Shown here one piece after another: positions 16,426 through 23,042 of a stretch of 44,595 bases of DNA. How positions within the stretch are numbered: the first letter of the stretch is position 1; each line of letters starts with the position of its first letter. Location of the stretch: positions 1 through 44,595 of IMG/VR virus record IMGVR_UViG_3300010234_000020, one strand, 5' to 3'. The notes under the pieces are model-generated. The model ran no database searches, was not told where the DNA came from, and saw only the letters and a list, made by a program, of their open reading frames with translations. A program made the position numbers and the translations under genes. This DNA is from a virus. Taxonomy: Duplodnaviria; Caudoviricetes.

Positions 16426-17399
16426 CAGACACCGTCCCCGTCGGTCACGGGACCGATCGCGCGCGCGGCGGCCTTCGGGTCGCCCTTCACGAAGACCAGC
16501 ATGGTCTGGTGCGTGCGCCCGATCTTGCGCGACACGTCGAACTGCTTCCTGGCGCGCATCGCCAACGTGCCCGTGGCCGTCTGGAGGATGATCTCGTTGT
16601 AGTACCGCACGCCGGGCGCCGACGTGGCGGCCGCGATGGTCTCGCCCACGAAGTCGCGGAGCGTGCCGCGCTTGTCGCGGAAGTTCCCGACGACGATGGC
16701 GGCGAACCGGTCGGCGCGCAGGCGGGTGCAGGCGGCCCGGATGATCTCCGCGTACGCCTCACGGAACGCGTCGGCGTCCATCGTGGACAGGTCGAGGGGA
16801 TCGTCGCTGTACCGCTCGAGGTCGCCGTACGGGGGGCACGTGAAGACCATGTCGTACCCGGTGACGTCGGGCCACCCGTTCGGGATCACGTGACGACTAT
16901 CACCGGCCTGCCACGTGGCGCGGTGGGCGTTGACGCCGAGGATCTCGGTGGCCTGGGCGCGGTTCGCCAGGACCTGGGCCTTCCGTAGATCGACCCCGTT
17001 GTACTCGCGCCCGAGGACGGCGGCGACGATGCCGCGCACCGATCCACCCGCGAACGGGTCGAGGATGTTGCCGCGCGGGGGGCAGAACCAGCGGTAGGCC
17101 AGCTCACACAGGACGGGGTCGAAGATCGACGTGTCCGACTGGCCGCCATCCTTGACGTCGTCCGTCTTGTCGATCCAGTCGGCGATGTTGTAGCAGAGGC
17201 CGTCGTCGCGCCCCACCTCGCTGCGGATGCCCAGGGCCTTCCAGCCGCGCTTCCGGTCCTGCCACGGCCCGGCGCCAGCGTGTAGGACGCTGAACGGCGG
17301 CAGGATGAACGCGTCGGCGAGGGCGTTTCGCGTGGACGAGGGGGGTGGTAGTGGGTTGCCCCACAGGTCGAGCCCGTACGGGGCGAAGTCGTCGGTCAT
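16425..17399 (-). CDS. SAM-dependent DNA amino-methyltransferase-like protein, 324 aa
   Basis: SIFDPVLCELAYRWF, motif I ILDPFAGGSVRG, motif IV VFTCPPY; AAGGAGG RBS before ATG 17399. Confidence 0.88.
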   Translation of the reverse strand: MTDDFAPYGLDLWGNPLPPPSSTRNALADAFILPPFSVLHAGAGPWQDRKRGWKALGIRSEVGRDDGLCYNIADWIDKTDDVKDGGQSDTSIFDPVLCELAYRWFCPPRGNILDPFAGGSVRGIVAAVLGREYNGVDLRKAQVLANRAQATEILGVNAHRATWQAGDSRHVIPNGWPDVTGYDMVFTCPPYGDLERYSDDPLDLSTMDADAFREAYAEIIRAACTRLRADRFAAIVVGNFRDKRGTLRDFVGETIAAATSAPGVRYYNEIILQTATGTLAMRARKQFDVSRKIGRTHQTMLVFVKGDPKAAARAIGPVTDGDGV

Positions 17400-17460
17400 C
17401 GGGTGCCTCCTTGGTCGCCGGAATGGCGACGTGAGGCGACGGTACCACGCGGGTCCGACA
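17400..17460 (-). promoter_or_regulatory. Early expression cassette (leftward)
   Basis: CCGCGTGG 17452-17445, TACCGT, GTCGCC-ATTCC-GGCGAC, AAGGAGGCAC. Confidence 0.75.
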
Positions 17461-17469
17461 TGCGCCAAT

Positions 17470-17695
17470 GGCGGGGAAGGACACTTCCCCTCGGACTTGT
17501 CCGGTACATCCGCCCGGGGCCGTCCGGGGCGGTCCGGGCGCCTATCCGGGGTCGCTTCCGCCAACAGACAGACAAGACTTACTTCTACACTCTCTAATCT
17601 TACGGCTACACCCGGGGAGGGGTGGGACTTGTCCGAGTCCTTCGTGCCTGGGGGGTGGGACACTTGTCCAGTTCGCCCCCCCCGAAGTGTCCCAG
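17470..17695. other. Putative replication origin/operator region
   Basis: Divergent intergenic gap; GGAC(AC)TTGTCC-type repeats flank an AT-rich tract at about 17563-17603. Confidence 0.55.
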
Positions 17696-17755
17696 TCCCC
17701 GCCATGTGATACCGTGCGGTGGTGGCGTCGATGGGGACGCCCTGGAGACACCTGC
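17695..17755 (+). promoter_or_regulatory. Early expression cassette (rightward)
   Basis: GTCCCCG-CCATGTGA-TACCGT, GGCGTC-GATGGG-GACGCC 17724-17741, GGAGACAC. Confidence 0.75.
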
Positions 17756-20740
17756 ATGACCATCCGCGACGACATCGAAACCCACGGGCGACTCCCCGCC
17801 CTCATCGCCCACCTGTTCCCCACGATCGGCCCCCGGGGTAAGGTCCGGTGCCCAACGCCGGAACACGAGGACCGGAACCCCAGCGCGTCCCTGAACGCCG
17901 AGACGGGCGCGTGGAAGTGCCACGGTTGCGGCGCGCGTGGTGACGCCGTTTCGCTCTACGGCGACCGGCTCGGCCTCACCGACTTCGCCGACATCGCGGA
18001 GGCCCTGCGGGGGGCCGGTTTCCTGCCCCCCGGCGATGGACCCGCGCCCCCACGTTCCCCCGTTGCGCCCCGTACGGTGACCCCGCCGAAGGGGCCGGTG
18101 GCCGAGGTTGCGGTGGGGCCGCGCCCGGGGATCATGCCCCCCGATGACGCGCCTCGCGACATTCCACCCCTCACCGCATGGCCGCCCACGGCCGACGTCC
18201 TCAACGCCCTCGGGTGGGTCCGGTCGGGTGACGTCGTCCGCGTCCCCGTGGTCAACGGGTCGGGGGTGGTGTGCGGGGTGAAGGTGCGCGGGGGGCGGGG
18301 ACGGGACGGCCGGGTCAGGACGTTCTTCGAGCCGTGCCGGTCGGGTACCCAGGACCCCGGCGTGATCGTGACGCGCGACATCATCGGGGGCCAACGTGGT
18401 CGCCTCGCGTTCGTGGTGGAGGGTGAGTCGGACATGGCGGCCGTCACGTGGGCGGCGACCGCCGAGGGGGTCCGCGTCCCGGTGGTCACGTCATCGAACG
18501 GCGCCACCAGTGGGCTGCCCGGGGGTGGCGCCGCCCTCCTCGCCGGGTACCGCGTCGCCGTGATCTACGACGCCGACGCGGCGGGGGTCCGTGGTGCGAC
18601 CGCCGTGGCCGACGAACTGGCGGCCGCAGGCATCCCGGTCACCGTCCTCGACCTGTGGGACGCCGTGACGGAACGCCGTGGCCGTGACCTCCGCGACTAC
18701 CTCGCGCACGGCGGCACCGTCGCCACCCTCATCGACGCCGCCGAACGTGCCCTCGCCGGTGACGGCCCGGGGGATGACGACGCGCGCCACGATGACCCCC
18801 CGGCGGACTGGTGGGAGGACCGGCGGCTGGAGCCCCTGGACGTTCCCGACGCCATGACGCCCCTCCCCACCATTGGCGTCGCGCCCCCCATGATCCTCCG
18901 CCTCGTGGATAGCCTCGCGGCCAGCATGCAGATCCACCGCGAACAGGTGTTCGTGACCATCGCCCCCGTCCTCGCCGCATCGGCCGGGGAGCCGTGGGCG
19001 GTGGACCGGGTGGAGTGGGGGGTGGAGCGCCCGGCGAGGGTGTACCGCGAGCCGTGCCTGGCGCGGTGGGCGTTGTTCGGCGCCGGGTCGGGGAGTCGGA
19101 AGACCGGCACGATCAACGCGGTCACCCGCCCGATGCGGGAGTGGGAGGCGGCGCGGGCGGTGGAGTTCCGCGCGGACGAGATCGAGTGGCGGGGCCGCAA
19201 GGACGCCCTGATCCAGCAGCGCAAGCGCGCCCTCAGCGACATCGAGCACCTCGACCGTGGCGCGGAGTGGGAGGACGCGATGGCGGCGATCCGCGAGATC
19301 GACATGGCCCTCGAGTTCGAGGCGCCCGCCGAGTTGCGGGTGATCGAGGACAACGTGACCCCGGAGCAGTTTCTGGTCGTGTCGTGTCAGTCGCCGATCG
19401 CCCGGAGCATCATCGCCCACGAGGGCCGGGGGATGGCGTCGATCATCATGGGCGGGTACGCGGGCCGGACGCAGGAGGCGATGATCCTGCCGTTCGCCGA
19501 CGGCCTCCCCGGCGGCATCTCCCGTCGGAACAATGATACGCAGATCCACAGCCCGCGCCTCGTCGGGTCGCTGCTGATGGCCCTCCAGCCCGACGTCCTG
19601 AACGGCATGATGGGCAGCGCGAACCTCCGCAGCAGCGGCTTCCTGAGCCGATGTTCGGTCGTGCGCGTCCCCGGCTACGACACGGCCCGGAACCTCGTGG
19701 CCGAACCGGCCGAACCGGACGCGGCGGCGGAGGCGTGGTGGGGGCGGGTCATCGACGCCCTCCTGACCTTCGCCGCGATGCGACCCGAGGACGAGGAGGA
19801 CGAGGCGGCGGGGGGCGATGACGAGCCGACGTTCGGGGGCGACGTCCACGGCATCGCCGACAACGATCTATCCGCCCCCACGCGGCCGCGCATGAACGTC
19901 CTGACCCTCACCGGCGAGGCGTTCCACGAGTTCATCGTCTACGAGCAGTGGTGCGAGGAGATGCGCGCGGCGACGTCCGGGGAGTCGGGGCCGGTGTCGG
20001 GCATGATCGAGAAGCAGGCGATGGCCGCCCTACGCCTCGCCGCCCTCTACCACCTCACCACCCTGGCCCACGACGGCCTGTTGTCGCGCGCCGCGAATTA
20101 TCCGATCCCCGTGGAGTGCGTGCGTTGGGCGACGGCGGCCCAGGACTGGCTGGCCGAGGAGACGCGGCGGGCCATGGAGGTCACGATCTGCGACACGCCC
20201 GAACTGGTCCTCGCCCGTCGCATCGCGTCCATCATGCGCGACCGTCTACGCCTCGACCCCTCCGACCGATCCATGACGCCGCCGGAGATGCGGGACATCA
20301 TCCCGGGCGCCGAGGTGTCGGTGGTGGAGGCCGCGCTGCGGACACTTGTCCGCTTCGGCTATTGCCGCATGCCCCGGGATGAGTCACGGTACTGGCGCGA
20401 GCGCACGGTCCGGTACGAGTTCCACCCGGGCCTGGCCGAGATGTCGGACGAGGACCTGGCGCCCGACACCCTGCGGGTCATCGTGGACGCTGACGGCCGC
20501 CAGATCACGCTTCGCGGCGACACCGGCGTCCCGGCCAAGGCGATCATCACGGCGCCCCAGGCGGCGTTGTCCACCGCCCAGCAGGAGGAGGTATTCCTCC
20601 GCTACGGGCGGGGTGAGACCCAGGGGGCGTTGGCCACCGAGTACGGGGTGAGCGTGAAGACGGTGAGCCGGACCGTGAAGCGTGTGCGTGCGGCGATGGC
20701 CGAGAAGGCGGCTCGCGACACGGTGGCGGACTCGTTCTAG
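17756..20740 (+). CDS. Primase-helicase-like replication protein: CHC2 zinc finger + TOPRIM + DUF3987 P-loop + C-terminal HTH, 994 aa
   Basis: CPTPEHEDRNPS..WKCHGCG; VVEGESD, YDADAAG, DLRDYL; AGSGSRKT, SGFLSR; ETQGALATEYGVSVKTVSR. Confidence 0.88.
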   Translation: MTIRDDIETHGRLPALIAHLFPTIGPRGKVRCPTPEHEDRNPSASLNAETGAWKCHGCGARGDAVSLYGDRLGLTDFADIAEALRGAGFLPPGDGPAPPRSPVAPRTVTPPKGPVAEVAVGPRPGIMPPDDAPRDIPPLTAWPPTADVLNALGWVRSGDVVRVPVVNGSGVVCGVKVRGGRGRDGRVRTFFEPCRSGTQDPGVIVTRDIIGGQRGRLAFVVEGESDMAAVTWAATAEGVRVPVVTSSNGATSGLPGGGAALLAGYRVAVIYDADAAGVRGATAVADELAAAGIPVTVLDLWDAVTERRGRDLRDYLAHGGTVATLIDAAERALAGDGPGDDDARHDDPPADWWEDRRLEPLDVPDAMTPLPTIGVAPPMILRLVDSLAASMQIHREQVFVTIAPVLAASAGEPWAVDRVEWGVERPARVYREPCLARWALFGAGSGSRKTGTINAVTRPMREWEAARAVEFRADEIEWRGRKDALIQQRKRALSDIEHLDRGAEWEDAMAAIREIDMALEFEAPAELRVIEDNVTPEQFLVVSCQSPIARSIIAHEGRGMASIIMGGYAGRTQEAMILPFADGLPGGISRRNNDTQIHSPRLVGSLLMALQPDVLNGMMGSANLRSSGFLSRCSVVRVPGYDTARNLVAEPAEPDAAAEAWWGRVIDALLTFAAMRPEDEEDEAAGGDDEPTFGGDVHGIADNDLSAPTRPRMNVLTLTGEAFHEFIVYEQWCEEMRAATSGESGPVSGMIEKQAMAALRLAALYHLTTLAHDGLLSRAANYPIPVECVRWATAAQDWLAEETRRAMEVTICDTPELVLARRIASIMRDRLRLDPSDRSMTPPEMRDIIPGAEVSVVEAALRTLVRFGYCRMPRDESRYWRERTVRYEFHPGLAEMSDEDLAPDTLRVIVDADGRQITLRGDTGVPAKAIITAPQAALSTAQQEEVFLRYGRGETQGALATEYGVSVKTVSRTVKRVRAAMAEKAARDTVADSF

Positions 20741-20864
20741 CAGCGCGTGTCCGTGCCGCGTGGTACATTTCTCCTTCATCGGGCGCTCGGCGTGCGACCA
20801 CCCCATCCCGGGCGAACCTCCGGGGGTCAAGCGCCACCACCTCGCGCCATGGTGTCTCCCAGCC

Positions 20865-20895
20865 ACGCCCCCGGCGATCCGTCGCCGGGGGTCGT
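20865..20895 (+). terminator. GC hairpin downstream of the primase gene
   Basis: CCCCCGGCGA-TCCG-TCGCCGGGGG; weak U tract. Confidence 0.5.
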
Positions 20896-20940
20896 GTGCG
20901 TTCTGGGGTCCGTGGGGGTTTTCCGAGAATGCACTCGACG

Positions 20941-21008
20941 CCGCATGGCGCAGGGCTTATCGTTCTGCGTGTCGGCCGTGGGGGTCGGCGGAAAACGGAG
21001 ACATGACG
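20941..21008 (+). promoter_or_regulatory. Early expression cassette
   Basis: CCGCATGGCGCAGGGCTTATCGT (near-copy of 8613-8591), GTCGGCC-GTGGG-GGTCGGC 20971-20989, AAACGGAGACA. Confidence 0.8.
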
Positions 21009-21710
21009 ATGACCAAGACAACCTTGAGCTGGACCCGGGGCCGCGACGAGTGGGATGAGGTGAAGTACACGTCGGACTGCGGTCGCTTCGCGATCACCCG
21101 CACGAACTGCGGCGGCCGCCTGGTGGCCGACAGCAAGACCGGCGACCAGCACGCTCGCGACTCCGTGAGCGACGCCAAGTACGCCGCAGCGCGCATCCTG
21201 AGCCGGGAGGTCGATCGCCTCAAGGACATCGCCAAGCGGGCCATCGCCATCGACGCGGCGAAGCGGATGCCGGAGGGTGAGTGGGGGATCATCGAGCAGT
21301 GCATGAAGCGCGCCCAGGTCGCCCGGAACGATTACGACAAGTTGCGCGCCGAGGTGACCGCCGACATCGCCAAGGGCGTGTCGTGGCAGTGGACCGTGGA
21401 GCGGTACGGCGAGCGCCTCGCGCACGCCGAGGAGGTCCAGGCCCGCTGGACGCGCTTCGCGAACAAGGACGGCCGGTGGCGGAAGTCCATCATGGCCGGA
21501 CGCGAGGGGCGCCCGTCCGAGACGATCGCCAAGGAGGTCGAGGACATCGTGGAGCAGATGGTGCGGGAGCGGTGGAACAGCCGCTCCACCAGCGCCATCC
21601 ACAACGTCATCGAGGGCGCGAAGTACGAGGCCGCCCGCGCATGGGCACGCGAGGCCGCCCACATGCTGCCCCGGGATCACGTCCTCCGCCGGTGCGTCAG
21701 CCGCTGGTAA
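21009..21710 (+). CDS. Hypothetical helical protein, 233 aa
   Basis: ATG placed by the cassette RBS; protein-like composition. Confidence 0.75.
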   Translation: MTKTTLSWTRGRDEWDEVKYTSDCGRFAITRTNCGGRLVADSKTGDQHARDSVSDAKYAAARILSREVDRLKDIAKRAIAIDAAKRMPEGEWGIIEQCMKRAQVARNDYDKLRAEVTADIAKGVSWQWTVERYGERLAHAEEVQARWTRFANKDGRWRKSIMAGREGRPSETIAKEVEDIVEQMVRERWNSRSTSAIHNVIEGAKYEAARAWAREAAHMLPRDHVLRRCVSRW

Positions 21711-21781
21711 CGGCGCGCGTCGGATGAGACCCCAGGCGGGGGCGCCCCAAGGCGTCCCCGCCATCGTGTACCGTGTACCGC

Positions 21782-22222
21782 ATGGCCGAAGTACTGCTAC
21801 TCGTTGAGATCCCCGGCGCCCCGGTCGCATGGCAGAGATCCCGCCAGAACGGCCGAGGTCGCCGCGTGCGGTTCTTCGAGGCGCCCCACGTCGCTGCGTG
21901 GCGGCGGCGGATACGCGCCGGTCTGGTGACCGCCATGCGGGGCCGCGAGATGTTCACCGGCCCCCTGTCGATGTCCGTGACCGCCATCCACCCGCCCCTA
22001 TCGGGCGACCGGCGCGTCCGGCGGCCGTCCCCGTTCAAGTGGAAGGCCACGCGCCCCGACGTGGACAACCTGGCCAAGATCGTCATGGACGCCGCCCAGG
22101 GGATCGTCTTCGCGGACGACGCCCAGGTGTGCGAACTGATCGCCCGCAAGGTCCACGAGCGCCAGGACGGCCCGCCGGGCGTGCTCGTCGTCGTTCGGAC
22201 CCCCGGCACGCTCCTCCCATGA
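21782..22222 (+). CDS. rusA: RusA-family Holliday junction resolvase
   Basis: IPGAPVAWQR, RPDVDNLAKIVMDAAQGIVFADDAQV. Confidence 0.93.
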   Translation: MAEVLLLVEIPGAPVAWQRSRQNGRGRRVRFFEAPHVAAWRRRIRAGLVTAMRGREMFTGPLSMSVTAIHPPLSGDRRVRRPSPFKWKATRPDVDNLAKIVMDAAQGIVFADDAQVCELIARKVHERQDGPPGVLVVVRTPGTLLP

Positions 22223-22452
22223 TGCGCGCCGGAACCCCACGATGCCGGTGGTGCGTCCGGCGCCCGGCCCGGTGGCCCGCCGAGATGCCCCAGTACTGCA
22301 CCCAGAAGTGTGCCGCCAAGGCGGCGGTGGACGAGGGCGCGAAGTGGTGCGCCGGGTGCCGATCATGGCGCGCGCCGGACCACGACCACTTCCGCCCAAC
22401 GATGACCCCGCGCCTCGTGCGCCTCACCCGAAACAGCAAGGGAAGAACCTGA
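22219..22452 (+). CDS. Small Cys-rich (zinc-finger) protein, 77 aa
   Basis: CRWC..YCTQKC..WCAGC; ATGA-coupled to rusA. Confidence 0.6.
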   Translation: MMRAGTPRCRWCVRRPARWPAEMPQYCTQKCAAKAAVDEGAKWCAGCRSWRAPDHDHFRPTMTPRLVRLTRNSKGRT

Positions 22453-22679
22453 TGCCCACGTGCCCCCATTGTCGCAAGACGTTCGTGAACCAGTCCGCCC
22501 TGGATGCGGACCGCCGCCGACGCAAGACGTCCCGGCGCCGCGAGTACCAGGCCGCCTACCGGCGCGGCCACTACGACGGCGTGCGCGGAAACACCCGGCG
22601 GGACGGACAGCCCGACGCGTACGCGGTCGGCTACGACGCGGGGGTCAGGCGCCGCGTCGAGGCGGGGGGTGCGTCGTGA
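22452..22679 (+). CDS. Small basic protein with CPHC, 75 aa
   Basis: TGATG-coupled; CPHC; AYRRGHYDG/AYAVGYDAG repeat. Confidence 0.6.
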   Translation: MPTCPHCRKTFVNQSALDADRRRRKTSRRREYQAAYRRGHYDGVRGNTRRDGQPDAYAVGYDAGVRRRVEAGGAS

Positions 22680-22855
22680 GCCGGGACCGCGACCGGAAGG
22701 TCCTGTCGCTCACCATCCCCACGCTCCGGGATGCCACGGAGCCGCGCGAGCCCGAGTTGCGGTTCACGCCCCGGGGGAGCGTCGTGCGGATCACCGAGGA
22801 CCACGAGCGGGGGGTTGTCAGGACCGAGATCCTGCCCCCGTCTACGAGTCGGTGA
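22676..22855 (+). CDS. Hypothetical protein, 59 aa
   Basis: GTGA-coupled; last rightward gene. Confidence 0.5.
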   Translation: MSRDRDRKVLSLTIPTLRDATEPREPELRFTPRGSVVRITEDHERGVVRTEILPPSTSR

Positions 22856-23042
22856 TCCGTCGCTGAAGGTCGTCCGTGAACGACCGCAGGAGCGACGGCG
22901 TGAACGACCGCGCGAGGTCATCCGTGAAGGTGGCCTCGCGCGGTGGTGCGAACGTCGAGCGCCATACACCGTCCTCCCAGACGGTGGCGGCCCACGTCCC
23001 GGGCTGCCAGATCGGTAGGCCGGGGTCAGCGGCTGGCATCAC
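22842..23042 (-). CDS. Hypothetical protein, 66 aa
   Basis: Coupled to the upstream virion gene; WQPGTWAATVWEDGVW and 7-aa FTDDL-like repeats. Confidence 0.55.
   Translation of the reverse strand: MMPAADPGLPIWQPGTWAATVWEDGVWRSTFAPPREATFTDDLARSFTPSLLRSFTDDLQRRITDS

Noticed and set aside
17400-17755. N-terminal extensions of the MTase (to 17705) and primase (from 17468) in the ORF track
   Set aside because: They overlap each other and the repeat region; strong RBS/cassettes place the starts at 17399 and 17756.
20741-20940. tRNA or ncRNA in the gap after the primase gene
   Set aside because: A promoter-like box (20756) and a hairpin could define a short transcript, but I see no cloverleaf or recognisable RNA family.
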